Shown here piece after piece: positions 38,560-48,093 of a DNA stretch of 64,000 nucleotides; position 1 is the first letter of the stretch; each line of letters opens with the position of its first letter. Both the position numbers and the translations under genes were made by a program. The notes beneath the pieces were generated by a model that saw only the letters and a program-made list of their open reading frames with translations, was not told where the DNA came from and ran no database searches. This DNA comes from a virus, in IMG/VR virus record IMGVR_UViG_3300025626_002025. The stretch is one strand, 5' to 3'.

Positions 38560-38931
38560 TTAATAAGAAATCTTTAAAGACTTTGCCTTTCTATTTGTTT
38601 TCTTATCAATAAGGAGAGTGAGTAACCCATTATCAAATTTAGCAGTTGTTTTTGTACCATCGTAATCAGTACCAACTGTCAATACTAAATCAATATTTTT
38701 TACAAACGAAGAAGTACTTTCTCCTTTAGTAGATTTGATTGTAACTTCTTCTTCAGTAACATCTACTGTAATATCTTTTGGATTATGTCCAATAGTGTTA
38801 ATTGTAACTTGTTGTTTACCATCTTCTAATGTTGTTGCTTCAAATTGTGAATTCAATCTATTAGTTGGTTTTGTTGTGTAGATATCCTTAAAGAAGTTAT
38901 CTACGAAATTTTCATTAATTGTGTAAAACAT
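38560..38931 (-). CDS. Small heat-shock protein (Hsp20/alpha-crystallin)
   Basis: G..PKDITVDV...TAKFDNGLLTLLI. Confidence 0.85.
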   Translation of the reverse strand: MFYTINENFVDNFFKDIYTTKPTNRLNSQFEATTLEDGKQQVTINTIGHNPKDITVDVTEEEVTIKSTKGESTSSFVKNIDLVLTVGTDYDGTKTTAKFDNGLLTLLIDKKTNRKAKSLKISY

Positions 38932-38971
38932 AATATTCCTTTTTTTTTTAATTATACATTTACTATCTATT

Positions 38972-39056
38972 GTACCAAATCCGTACCAATTGTATTTGTC
39001 AACATATAAGATGACATTTTGTCAGTTTTGTCAACATATAACATGACAAAGTGTCA
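38972..39056 (-). promoter_or_regulatory. hsp20 upstream element: TGACA-N3-TGTCA palindromes within 22-bp direct repeats plus sigma54-like TTGGTACG box
   Basis: Palindromes at 39012-39024 and 39044-39056; direct repeats 38995-39016 and 39027-39048; TTGGTACGGATTTGGT on the minus strand. Confidence 0.6.
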
Positions 39057-39386
39057 TTCTATATCTTCACCAGTTAAACATCTGTAAAGAATTATTAACT
39101 CTTCTTCGGTTTTACAGAACCCTAATCCGGCTAAATCACAAATTTCAATAACAAAATGTCCCTTGGGAATCCCCAACTCATCCCATTCATCACTAGCACA
39201 AGATATTAGAGTAGGTGCATTTTTATCTGGATTATCTTTTGGTAATGGAAGTACATAATAAGTATATGTTATTGGATTGCCCTCTTCATCTTCCCCATCG
39301 GTATCAGTATGTTCTTCCCACTCTTGTCTTTCAAATGTACTTTTTGTAATTGGTATAAATGGAAATTCTATAAAATTAGTTTTCAT
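39054..39386 (-). CDS. Hypothetical protein
   Basis: Acidic 110-aa ORF, operon-packed. Confidence 0.6.
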   Translation of the reverse strand: MKTNFIEFPFIPITKSTFERQEWEEHTDTDGEDEEGNPITYTYYVLPLPKDNPDKNAPTLISCASDEWDELGIPKGHFVIEICDLAGLGFCKTEEELIILYRCLTGEDIE

Positions 39387-39862
39387 TCTAATACTATTTT
39401 TATAGAATCAGATATTAGATGTTCTCTAATTGTACCTGTTAATATAAGAGTATCTCCTAGCATTGTTCTAACTGGTCCTATTACATTATTAACAGTTCCA
39501 TCCATAACATATGAAGAAGAGTTACTTACATCTACTAACATATCTTGATATACCCATTGTAAGTTACTTTCCCATTCTACTTTTAAAGGAGGTAGATTAA
39601 GTGTATTACCAACAGTACCACTTACTGTGTGTATTGTTTGATTAGTATTTTGATTTAGTTCTAAATGATAGTATCCATTATTATCGATAGGTAATCTACC
39701 ATCTATTTCTAATGTTGGTTGTTCTAATACTAAGATATCATCTTCAACACTACAACTCATGAGTGATGATAATAGTAACAATACCACAAGTAATACTCCA
39801 AAAAATGCTATTCCACTTAATGCGAATTTTTCTGTTTGTTCTTTTCTATGATTATCTTTCAT
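39383..39862 (-). CDS. Putative lipoprotein
   Basis: Hydrophobic signal ending LMSC followed by acidic residues. Confidence 0.55.
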   Translation of the reverse strand: MKDNHRKEQTEKFALSGIAFFGVLLVVLLLLSSLMSCSVEDDILVLEQPTLEIDGRLPIDNNGYYHLELNQNTNQTIHTVSGTVGNTLNLPPLKVEWESNLQWVYQDMLVDVSNSSSYVMDGTVNNVIGPVRTMLGDTLILTGTIREHLISDSIKIVLE

Positions 39863-40380
39863 TACAATAACTTTTCTAATATACTATCCCAAGTTGGATA
39901 CTCATTTGGTGTGTAGTTGTTTTCCCAATCCAATCCGAATCTTAACAACTCACCACTAAACTCACCAGCTCCATTCTTAACTCTATCATCAATAAGGTAA
40001 TCACCCATTAATAAATCTTTTCTGTGAGTGATAAACATTTTCTTGTGGAATAGGTTTCCAAAGTGTTCTTCAATCCAAAATCTTTTATCAGTATTTGAAC
40101 CAGGATTACCCCAAGGAGCAGCAGTTGCAATGAATAATTCATACTTACCACTTTCATGTAATTTCTTTACAGCTTCAATTGCTCCTTTGATTGGAGGTGG
40201 GTTTCTGAATATACCTTGGATATGGTCAGGATTATCTTTGTATCGTTCTTTAAGATAAGGGTGAAGTTTGAAAAACTTATCAAATGCTTTTTCTAAATCA
40301 ACTAAAACTCCATCCATATCGATGTAAACTACTTTTTTCTTCAAATTTTTTGTTTTATTAAGGTTAGTACTCTCACTCAT
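39862..40380 (-). CDS. 5'(3')-deoxyribonucleotidase (HAD, NT5C family)
   Basis: YIDMDGVLVD, TAAPW, K..W, DYLIDDR; true start may be internal. Confidence 0.9.
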   Translation of the reverse strand: MSESTNLNKTKNLKKKVVYIDMDGVLVDLEKAFDKFFKLHPYLKERYKDNPDHIQGIFRNPPPIKGAIEAVKKLHESGKYELFIATAAPWGNPGSNTDKRFWIEEHFGNLFHKKMFITHRKDLLMGDYLIDDRVKNGAGEFSGELLRFGLDWENNYTPNEYPTWDSILEKLL

Positions 40381-40420
40381 TTACTATGTAAATATACGAC
40401 TTTAATTTGGATTTACCAAA
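40379..40420 (-). promoter_or_regulatory. Bacteroidota-type promoter with palindrome
   Basis: TTTGG...CGTATATTTAC; ATTTAC-TAT-GTAAAT at 40379-40393. Confidence 0.65.
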
Positions 40421-40437
40421 CTTTTTAGTGTTTATTT

Positions 40438-40620
40438 TCAGTTTATTTTCTCCGGAGATAAATGAGACCTGAATCCCATTATGGGTATATGACCTGTAAT
40501 TGCTATTTCTCGTTTCTTAATAAATTCTTTAGATACTTGTAGTGTTTCTAAATCTGTTTCATTCATTACCCAATCTTTGAATAGGTAAGTTAACATTTTA
40601 CTTTTAATTGCTTTAATCAT
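40438..40620 (-). CDS. Hypothetical protein
   Basis: Small ORF in early-promoter array. Confidence 0.45.
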   Translation of the reverse strand: MIKAIKSKMLTYLFKDWVMNETDLETLQVSKEFIKKREIAITGHIPIMGFRSHLSPEKIN

Positions 40621-40651
40621 AATTTAAATTTTAATTGTTTATTTAATTGTT

Positions 40652-40849
40652 TTAATAAAAGGTACTCATTGCTGCTCGTAATCCTGCTTTAGTTGCAAGG
40701 TGAACTGAATCAACTCTTACATTTAAAGTATCAGAGTCAGCATATTGTTGTACTGCTAATTTCTTAGCTCCTCGTAGGGTTTTTGCCCAACAAGTATTCC
40801 ATCCTCCACCTTCAAAGGTGAACATATATTCTTTTAGTTCTAAACTCAT
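40652..40849 (-). CDS. Hypothetical protein
   Basis: Small ORF in early-promoter array. Confidence 0.55.
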   Translation of the reverse strand: MSLELKEYMFTFEGGGWNTCWAKTLRGAKKLAVQQYADSDTLNVRVDSVHLATKAGLRAAMSTFY

Positions 40850-41031
40850 ATTATTTGTGATTTATCTATTAATGTATTTACTGTTCCTATAATACTACTA
40901 CCATAATCTACTTCTACTTGGATACACCCATTGAGGTCTTTATCCCAGTCACATTGGTAGTTAGCATCTGTAACAACTCCTTCTTGGATTTGTCCGTATT
41001 TGTTTTCAAATTTAATTTTAGTATTTATCAT
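40846..41031 (-). CDS. Hypothetical protein
   Basis: Small ORF, ATGA-coupled. Confidence 0.55.
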   Translation of the reverse strand: MINTKIKFENKYGQIQEGVVTDANYQCDWDKDLNGCIQVEVDYGSSIIGTVNTLIDKSQII

Positions 41032-41032
41032 A

Positions 41033-41314
41033 TTATAAATTTACTAGTACTGATTCTACAATTGTTTCGTACTGATTAAGTTGTTGTGATAAAGAACCAC
41101 TCAACACCACATCTATAATTTTTTCATACTCACCATTTTCATTAGTCATATCAATTGGAACTAATCCATCCTCTTCCCAATTGGGAGTTGCGAGAATAGT
41201 AGTGTTTTTCGAAGGATGATTCCATTCGATAGTTCCACTCATTGAACATTCTGATACTCCCCAATCACCGATTGAAAGTATTGACTTAACATTTTCGTTG
41301 TTTATATAATTCAT
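41033..41314 (-). CDS. Hypothetical protein
   Basis: Follows promoter 41341-41382. Confidence 0.55.
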   Translation of the reverse strand: MNYINNENVKSILSIGDWGVSECSMSGTIEWNHPSKNTTILATPNWEEDGLVPIDMTNENGEYEKIIDVVLSGSLSQQLNQYETIVESVLVNL

Positions 41315-41340
41315 TGTTTTAAAGTTTAACTGTCATTTCT

Positions 41341-41382
41341 TATTACATAAGTAATATACGACTTTATTTTGGATTATACAAG
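41341..41382 (-). promoter_or_regulatory. Bacteroidota-type promoter with palindrome
   Basis: TTG...CGTATATTAC; TATTAC-N4-GTAATA. Confidence 0.6.
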
Positions 41383-41386
41383 CTTT

Positions 41387-41572
41387 TTATGAATTATTTA
41401 TTACTATTTTATAATCTTCAGAAGATAACGATTCCCACCAATCAGAAGCTACTTCTTCTTCGATAACTGATATAGAGAAGTTTTTATCATAACTTCCATC
41501 TATATTTTGTGGGTAAATAATTCCTTGATTTGTGTCGAACACACTTCCTACTGATTCTAATACTACTAACAT
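41387..41572 (-). CDS. Hypothetical protein
   Basis: Follows promoter 41606-41647. Confidence 0.55.
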   Translation of the reverse strand: MLVVLESVGSVFDTNQGIIYPQNIDGSYDKNFSISVIEEEVASDWWESLSSEDYKIVINNS

Positions 41573-41605
41573 AATTTACTATTTTAAAGGGTTTAATTAT
41601 CACTC

Positions 41606-41647
41606 ATTTACATAGTAAATATACGAAAAATAATTGAATTATACAAG
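41606..41647 (-). promoter_or_regulatory. Bacteroidota-type promoter with palindrome
   Basis: TTG...CGTATATTTAC; ATTTAC-ATA-GTAAAT. Confidence 0.65.
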
Positions 41648-42229
41648 TCTTTTTTGACTTATTTTTTTGGGTTTTTGTTTAATCCAAGAACCATCATCAA
41701 ATACCTTTTCAGGATATCCAATTATCTCATGTATTGCAGTAACTACACCAGGCCAATCTTTTTGATAATCATGACCACCAATATATCCACCTGGTTTTAC
41801 TTTAGGATAATACAATGTTAAATCTTGCTTTACTGATTCGTATAAGTGATTAGCATCTATGTAAATAAAATCTATACTATTATCTTCAAAGGTATCAACA
41901 ACATTGTAACTATAATCTGATATTAAAGATATGTTATCAAAGTATCGTGTATTTATTTCGAATTGTTGTTTAACAAGTTCCCAAGAATAATCATGGTTCT
42001 CGTTAAATATCTCGTGTCCCTCATGTGGTTCTATTGTATAAATCTTATCAAATATTTGAGATGATGCAAATAGCATCGTGGATTCTCCCATATAAGAACC
42101 TATCTCAATCATAGTAGTGTTCTTATCCTTTATAGTTTTAAGTTCCGTTAGCATATCTACAAACCCAAAGAACATATTATTTATATTACCTTTGAACCAA
42201 TGTGGTGTATGTAATCTTTGAGTATTCAT
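41639..42229 (-). CDS. Class I SAM-dependent methyltransferase (Methyltransf_24-like)
   Basis: IEIGSYMGEST, DFIYIDANHLYE, VKPGGYIGGHDY. Confidence 0.88.
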   Translation of the reverse strand: MNTQRLHTPHWFKGNINNMFFGFVDMLTELKTIKDKNTTMIEIGSYMGESTMLFASSQIFDKIYTIEPHEGHEIFNENHDYSWELVKQQFEINTRYFDNISLISDYSYNVVDTFEDNSIDFIYIDANHLYESVKQDLTLYYPKVKPGGYIGGHDYQKDWPGVVTAIHEIIGYPEKVFDDGSWIKQKPKKISQKRLV

Positions 42230-42840
42230 ATAATAGATTTTACTATTCTTTCTTTATAGAAGTTTTTAAAAATAATTTGTTTATCACTATAAACACACGC
42301 ATATAAACATCTGGGTTTATCTGAGTTGTTTGGGTTTGATTGATGAGGAGTATCTCCATGTATTACAACAATATCTCCAGCTTTTGGATATATCTTCGTA
42401 TCTCTTAATTGTAGTGTTCCGTTTTCATCCGTAAAATCAGTTAGTATTACGGACATATTTATTGTATTACCACCTTCATTAAAGTTACCTCCGATTGAAT
42501 TATCAGTATGTTCTTCAAATCCAAAATTATCATTGGGTAATTTAACAACAACCTGGTCGTTATACAACCAAACATCTTCAGTATTTAAAAGTTTTTTTGC
42601 AATATCAATCATGAGATTTGATTTATAAAAATCTAAAAGATAGGTATCATACATACCTGCACAACCTACCCCTTTCCAATGAGTATCTCCACCATATTTA
42701 CAAGGTTGACCTATCTTATCATTTACCCATTTTCTTAATTTAATAGAACGAGTTTGTAATTCATGAACTACATCTTCACTTATCTTTTTTTGTAAATGTA
42801 CCCATCCATGTTTTTTATAAAATTGTAAATCATTATGCAT
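42226..42840 (-). CDS. PhyH-like 2OG-Fe(II) dioxygenase
   Basis: HTD...LTDFTDENG.L...AGDIVV.HG...H.S.PN.S...R. Confidence 0.85.
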   Translation of the reverse strand: MHNDLQFYKKHGWVHLQKKISEDVVHELQTRSIKLRKWVNDKIGQPCKYGGDTHWKGVGCAGMYDTYLLDFYKSNLMIDIAKKLLNTEDVWLYNDQVVVKLPNDNFGFEEHTDNSIGGNFNEGGNTINMSVILTDFTDENGTLQLRDTKIYPKAGDIVVIHGDTPHQSNPNNSDKPRCLYACVYSDKQIIFKNFYKERIVKSII

Positions 42841-43498
42841 AATTTTGTAACAATCTTAATATCTCATCTAATGATTCATGTCTATGGTTATCTAATAAGT
42901 TAATTGAGTAAACATATTTAGATTCTTTTACTTTGGCAACATCATGTATTGCTGAATCGTTTGGAAATTTTAAATCAATTTGTTGGGGGTCTCCACAAAG
43001 TATCATAGTAGAACCTTTACCCAATCTACCCAATACCATACTAAGTTGTTGTTTAGTTAAGTTTTGAAACTCATCTACAATAACACACGCATTATCAAAG
43101 GTTCTTCCTCTGAAGTGAGATAATGATACTAGTTCTATCTTCTCATCGTTCTCCATCTTTTCCAATATTGCTGGTTTGTTATAAACCTTTCTCATATTAG
43201 AACGAATTGGAACTAACCACGGCTCCATCTTTTCATTTAAAGAACCTGGCAGATATCCATTATCTTCATTAGATACAGTTGGTCTTGTTATAATGATTTG
43301 ATTTATATTTCTCTGAAAGAACATATCTAATCCGATTTGTACTGCAAGTAATGTCTTACCACTTCCTGCCTTTCCAAGAACAAAGTTATACGGATGATAT
43401 AATATATTTGTTTTAGCCTCTTTCTGCTCATCCGATAATGATATTGAAAATCTAACTTTTCCCTTTGGGGGATTTTTACCAATGTTTTGTGTTGCCAT
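42833..43498 (-). CDS. phoH: PhoH-like ATPase
   Basis: GKAGSGKT, ITRP, GYLPG, RGRTF, DEFQN, GRLG, GD..QID. Confidence 0.93.
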   Translation of the reverse strand: MATQNIGKNPPKGKVRFSISLSDEQKEAKTNILYHPYNFVLGKAGSGKTLLAVQIGLDMFFQRNINQIIITRPTVSNEDNGYLPGSLNEKMEPWLVPIRSNMRKVYNKPAILEKMENDEKIELVSLSHFRGRTFDNACVIVDEFQNLTKQQLSMVLGRLGKGSTMILCGDPQQIDLKFPNDSAIHDVAKVKESKYVYSINLLDNHRHESLDEILRLLQNYA

Positions 43499-44029
43499 TT
43501 ATTCCTTTATAAAATTAAAATTAGTGAAACCTATTTTTTTTAGAAGATGAATTGATTTGTGATTCCAATTATCAACATACGCATATAAACAATCTATTCC
43601 ATCCATGTACAAAAATTTCTTATATGTAAGATAATACATAGCAGTACCACTACCTTTTGGTTTTTTTACTTTTTGACTTAGAAAAGAACCACCAGTGTAT
43701 ATTTCATTTTCTTGTAATGGTTGATTCGTTATTTCCCATAGTGGAGTGAAGTTAGGATTTCCCCACGTCCATCCAATTGGTAAATCGTTGTAATAAAATA
43801 GTTGTACCGATGAGTTAAAGGATTCGAATCTTCTCTTTAACATTTGTTTGTCTGGAATACCTACCCAAGTGAAGTCATCTTTCATTAGATTGGATAAGTG
43901 CAATAGTTGCTCAAGATATTGTGGATAGTTCTTTTTATTTACAAAAACTACTTTGTAATCTTCTGAGAAGTTAAATTCAACTAGGGTATCTTTCGATAGT
44001 GTAAGTTGAAATATTTTTGTTGTATCCAT
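43499..44029 (-). CDS. GNAT-like N-acetyltransferase
   Basis: KGSGT acetyl-CoA loop; YVDNWNHKSI.L.KKIGF. Confidence 0.6.
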   Translation of the reverse strand: MDTTKIFQLTLSKDTLVEFNFSEDYKVVFVNKKNYPQYLEQLLHLSNLMKDDFTWVGIPDKQMLKRRFESFNSSVQLFYYNDLPIGWTWGNPNFTPLWEITNQPLQENEIYTGGSFLSQKVKKPKGSGTAMYYLTYKKFLYMDGIDCLYAYVDNWNHKSIHLLKKIGFTNFNFIKE

Positions 44030-44048
44030 AAAGTAACATCTTTGTTCA

Positions 44049-44056
44049 TATAAATA
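44049..44056 (-). promoter_or_regulatory. Putative late promoter TATTTATA
   Basis: Recurrent motif upstream of the GNAT gene. Confidence 0.55.
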
Positions 44057-44872
44057 TCAAATAAAAGATGTTTTTTCAACATCATTCAATATATTATATA
44101 CTTCTTGGATACATACTTTGTAGAATTTTATTCCACCAACCCAGTGAGAATACCTATGTCCATTGGATTCACTTAAAAATCCAACATTAAATTTATTTGA
44201 TTCTATTGTGTTTGCAAAATGATATTGGCAGATTATAAGTGATGGGATTAGTTTCTTTTTTCTTAAATTATCAATTGGTTCTATGTTGTTTAGATAATGA
44301 TTTTTCATTTCATAGTAACCACTTATTAATGCATCTTTAGTAGATTGGTTGTTGAATTTTATAACACCAACGTTACAAGAAAAGGTATTAGTATTGGTGT
44401 AGTTCTTTACTAACTTATCAGTATTATATTTTTCAAATATTTCTAGCATAGTTACATATCCATTGTAACTATCCCATTCTTTATTTAATACATTTTTCTT
44501 AGTTTCTTTATTTTCAAATATAGCATCGTATCCGAATTCATTCATAAAATCCAATCGAGAAGTTAGAATAATATCTCCATCAAATGTTATACAATCTAAA
44601 TCATTCTGTGTATGTATCCATATTTTTAAATCATCTACTAAATCAAATTTAATATTATCAATACAATAACTACTATCAATGTATTCTTTTAAATTAGATA
44701 TGGTTATAGAATCTCCATATAATTTAATTTTATATCCAAACTCCCTTGCTCGTATCATGGAAGCTTTATACATATCGTATAGATATTTTAAATCAGAAAC
44801 ACAAGTTGTTTTTGTTTTAGAAGTTTCATCATAAAGACCCATCCTAGAATCAAAGCTATATGTTAATGTCAT
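44057..44872 (-). CDS. GT-A-fold / DUF6734-like protein
   Basis: LYGD, K....DGDI, NVGVI, CQY, YSHW.G..K. Confidence 0.55.
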   Translation of the reverse strand: MTLTYSFDSRMGLYDETSKTKTTCVSDLKYLYDMYKASMIRAREFGYKIKLYGDSITISNLKEYIDSSYCIDNIKFDLVDDLKIWIHTQNDLDCITFDGDIILTSRLDFMNEFGYDAIFENKETKKNVLNKEWDSYNGYVTMLEIFEKYNTDKLVKNYTNTNTFSCNVGVIKFNNQSTKDALISGYYEMKNHYLNNIEPIDNLRKKKLIPSLIICQYHFANTIESNKFNVGFLSESNGHRYSHWVGGIKFYKVCIQEVYNILNDVEKTSFI

Positions 44873-45798
44873 AATAGTGTTGTTCCTTTTTCTAAGTTTT
44901 TAATTAGGGTATTCATCTTATTTGAAAATAAAGTTCTTTCTTCTTCCTTTTCGATTAACTTTACCTTATGAAGCCAAACATGATAATATTTAATTGATAT
45001 AGATTTGTATTTACCAAGATATACTTTATAAGGCATACCACCATAGTTTAAATCAACCCCATCTGGATACTTCCAATCATCTGCATGAGAAATATATGCA
45101 CATTCTTCCAAACATCCTATGTTTAGTTTCATAAATCTTGCTATATATCCAAGAATACCTTGGTCTGCAAGTAGCCAAGTATCTACACCAGTTTCTACTT
45201 CAGTATTATAAATAATTTTTTTATGTAGTTCCCAATACTCTTTTAGTAGAGTTATATTATTTACATAAAGAAAACTTGTATTTGGATATAAGTTGTTTGG
45301 ATAGTAATATGGTAAATCTAGTTGTTTAAATTTATTATTAGAAACGTATAAGTCATTTCTACTCAATTCCCATTGATTGTGAATTAAATCATAGTTTTTT
45401 AATAATCCATAATCTACTTTTTCTAAAAGTATAAAATCTAAATCAAGAAAAATAAATGGTTCTTTTTGATTACATATTACATATGTTTTACCAGATGTCC
45501 AATATGTACCTGCATCAAATGTGTGGTTGTCTGTAAATTCATTTAGTAAATCAACATTGATTTCATCATAACATTCGAGAAGATTATATTTTTTGAATAC
45601 TTCATATCCTAATGAATCTGTATATAGTATAGATTTACCTACATATTTACTTGCAGATAGTGCAGATGTTTTTGTATATTCAACTTCATAACTTAATAAA
45701 TCAACCCCCTTAACCCAGTTGTGTTTATCTGAATTATATTCTATTGAATTGTTTTTATATAGGTACGGTTTTGTCCAATAAACAAATATTGAATTCAT
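44869..45798 (-). CDS. GT-A-fold / DUF6734-like protein
   Basis: LYTD..G, W..GK.Y....QKEPFIFLDLD, PNTSF, ADQ, YYHVW..K. Confidence 0.65.
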   Translation of the reverse strand: MNSIFVYWTKPYLYKNNSIEYNSDKHNWVKGVDLLSYEVEYTKTSALSASKYVGKSILYTDSLGYEVFKKYNLLECYDEINVDLLNEFTDNHTFDAGTYWTSGKTYVICNQKEPFIFLDLDFILLEKVDYGLLKNYDLIHNQWELSRNDLYVSNNKFKQLDLPYYYPNNLYPNTSFLYVNNITLLKEYWELHKKIIYNTEVETGVDTWLLADQGILGYIARFMKLNIGCLEECAYISHADDWKYPDGVDLNYGGMPYKVYLGKYKSISIKYYHVWLHKVKLIEKEEERTLFSNKMNTLIKNLEKGTTLL

Positions 45799-45822
45799 AA
45801 CATATTGGTATATAGATGTGGT

Positions 45823-45972
45823 TTACGAATGTTTATCTAAAACATAAGAAAAGAAGTTTCCCATAATTCTATTTACTTCAACCTTTTCCGCCGCACTTAC
45901 TGTTACACTTTGTGCATTATTTTGTTTGGTTTTGTAAATTAAACTCGGTATTTCTGATTTTGTAATAGCCAT
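45823..45972 (-). CDS. 49-aa peptide (not in ORF track)
   Basis: MAITKSEIPSLIYKTKQNNAQSVTVSAAEKVEVNRIMGNFFSYVLDKHS; AAGGA upstream; fills the operon gap. Confidence 0.65.
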   Translation of the reverse strand: MAITKSEIPSLIYKTKQNNAQSVTVSAAEKVEVNRIMGNFFSYVLDKHS

Positions 45973-45987
45973 AATTGTATTATCCTT

Positions 45988-47700
45988 TTATTGTACTTTT
46001 TTAAAGTTGTGTACAGTTGCAGTTAACATTACTTGTTGATTTCCGGATGCATCATTTGCAAGTATATAATTATCTTCTGTTTCAACATCCATCTCTATAA
46101 AAGAACCTGTGTTATTATTTAGTATATGTACACTTGATGTTAAAATTGGAATTAAACTAGAATCTACATTAAATAAGAAATCATCTCCAGGTATTATTGA
46201 GGTAACATTTTTAAATTTAAATTCATTTGAAGAACTTACATAAAGTAAAGCATTCGTATCTGTTGACATAAAATTCGATTCATCACTTCCACTTACTCTT
46301 AATTCATATATCATGTTATTCCACATCTCAATTGAAGTAGGTGTTGAAACTACAACAGATTGTGTATAAGCAGAATTTGCAGGTAATGTGTTTCCTGCAA
46401 CAGATACATTTATAAAGTGAGAAGCTAAATCCTCATCATCAGTTATACCAGGTATATAAAACGCCTTTACAACAGAACCACTAACTATATCTGTTATATC
46501 AACTATCTCGTTACTGGCTGATACAACATTTTCTGTTTCGAATACTCCTCGTTTTCTACTATTCTCTTTTATATAAGAAGTTGAAAATTCATGGTAATGT
46601 TTTCTATTATAAAAGTGAGCTTCTATATCAAAATCTCCAAAATTTACATCATCGTATGTAGGTAACTCTAATATACTCTTTCCACTAACAGTTCCTAAAC
46701 TTAGGTGAGTAAGAGATGAACCATATACAATCCCATAATGTCTAATAGAAGTAACATGATTATCAACTATCGAACCAGAACCATATTCAAAGTTAGTATA
46801 ATAACAATGACTATCTAATGCAGATGATGATAGGAAATACTCAATACGAGCTTCATCATGTTCAGAACCAGTTTCATATGTACCATCTACAAAAATATGT
46901 GTAGGTAATAAATCTTGATTAGGTATCCATTCAACCTCATCTTCACTACCAGTCATATGCCACATTCTTGGATAATAACTTCCATTTATTTCAATAAAGT
47001 CTCCATCCGCTTGCTCTACATAACTACCTGATACTAAATCATGTGTGTATTGTAAGTTTTGAACATCAATATAGTTACCATCAACTATAGCATGAGTTCC
47101 GCTATCACTAGTTATATATATTCCATCATCCAAGTGTCCACCTAATTTAATAAATGAAACAGTACTTGTTGACCATTGACTTTTAAGAACAATATCTGGA
47201 AAAGTTCCTGGATTAGTTTTTCTTTCCAATACATCAATATGCATATCGGAACTACTAACAAAGAATGGAATTGCATCACTCGATGCAGTGTACTCATTAA
47301 ATATAGATAAAGAATTTACATCATGTTTAGCATATACAGAATCAACGATAGCGTTTTCATCATATGCAAATCTAAGAATAAATTTGTTAGATGCATCGGT
47401 TACCGCAGTTGGGTATATTGTGTTGAAATCTTCTTCGTGTGATGTCCATGTTGTGATAAAAGAGGCATTATCTCTAATAGATGCTGATAGGTGGTTTACA
47501 AGTGATTGTTGTATTGATGGTTTATATATTACTTCAATTGTATCTATTGTTTCGTTTTGTAGTAATGTTATAAGTCCAGAGTAATCAATTCCGTCATCAT
47601 CAACCGCGCCAAATACATCCATAGTATCTGTATTAAGTTCTATGAATTTAAGTCCATTATCTGTTTTAATAAAATCTGCTGAGAAAAATGTTCCCTTCAT
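45988..47700 (-). CDS. Circularly permuted ATP-grasp-like domain fused to a C-terminal Hint (intein-like) domain
   Basis: N-terminal ADF...IELNTD, PDIVLKS, SIR.Y; C-terminal G385-VFETENV...ITDIVSGSVV...IIPGDD...MDVETEDNYILA...VHN. Confidence 0.55.
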   Translation of the reverse strand: MKGTFFSADFIKTDNGLKFIELNTDTMDVFGAVDDDGIDYSGLITLLQNETIDTIEVIYKPSIQQSLVNHLSASIRDNASFITTWTSHEEDFNTIYPTAVTDASNKFILRFAYDENAIVDSVYAKHDVNSLSIFNEYTASSDAIPFFVSSSDMHIDVLERKTNPGTFPDIVLKSQWSTSTVSFIKLGGHLDDGIYITSDSGTHAIVDGNYIDVQNLQYTHDLVSGSYVEQADGDFIEINGSYYPRMWHMTGSEDEVEWIPNQDLLPTHIFVDGTYETGSEHDEARIEYFLSSSALDSHCYYTNFEYGSGSIVDNHVTSIRHYGIVYGSSLTHLSLGTVSGKSILELPTYDDVNFGDFDIEAHFYNRKHYHEFSTSYIKENSRKRGVFETENVVSASNEIVDITDIVSGSVVKAFYIPGITDDEDLASHFINVSVAGNTLPANSAYTQSVVVSTPTSIEMWNNMIYELRVSGSDESNFMSTDTNALLYVSSSNEFKFKNVTSIIPGDDFLFNVDSSLIPILTSSVHILNNNTGSFIEMDVETEDNYILANDASGNQQVMLTATVHNFKKVQ

Positions 47701-47723
47701 GGTGTTGTCCTGTTTATCTTTAC

Positions 47724-47731
47724 TATAAATA
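47724..47731 (-). promoter_or_regulatory. Putative late promoter TATTTATA
   Basis: Recurrent motif upstream of ATG 47700. Confidence 0.6.
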
Positions 47732-47733
47732 TA

Positions 47734-48093
47734 CTAAAGTAAGTTTTTGTGATTCTGTAATCTTTTTTTTGAATTTCTTTTGATAAAATTACTTTTGTAT
47801 TTTGATACTTCACTACACCCTTCATAGTTTTCGTTTTTTTCAAAATACTTTATAGCTATATCATATACTTCCATAAATTCAGATTCTTTTATTAATATAG
47901 CATTTCCTGCATTTGGATGAACAACTACAACTATTTTATTTCTACCATTTTTATTAGCAGAATTAATTCCTCTAGTTAGTTCTGTAAATATCGAAGTTCC
48001 TCTCGATTCAAGAAATCTTTTTATTCGTGGATTATCATCATCTTCTATTAGATACTTTCTCCAATCAACTGTATTTAGTAATTGTGTATTCAT
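47734..48093 (-). CDS. Hypothetical protein with UVR-like C-terminal motif
   Basis: YFEKNENYEGCSEV. Confidence 0.55.
   Translation of the reverse strand: MNTQLLNTVDWRKYLIEDDDNPRIKRFLESRGTSIFTELTRGINSANKNGRNKIVVVVHPNAGNAILIKESEFMEVYDIAIKYFEKNENYEGCSEVSKYKSNFIKRNSKKRLQNHKNLL

Noticed and set aside
38995-39056. Direct repeats as a mini-CRISPR array
   Set aside because: Only two 22-bp units with a 10-bp gap and no cas genes; better explained as operator sites.
46006-46548. Canonical splicing intein in the 570-aa protein
   Set aside because: No N-terminal Cys/Ser, the +1 residue is Phe and the C-extein is only 5 aa; treated as a cleavage-type or degenerate Hint domain.
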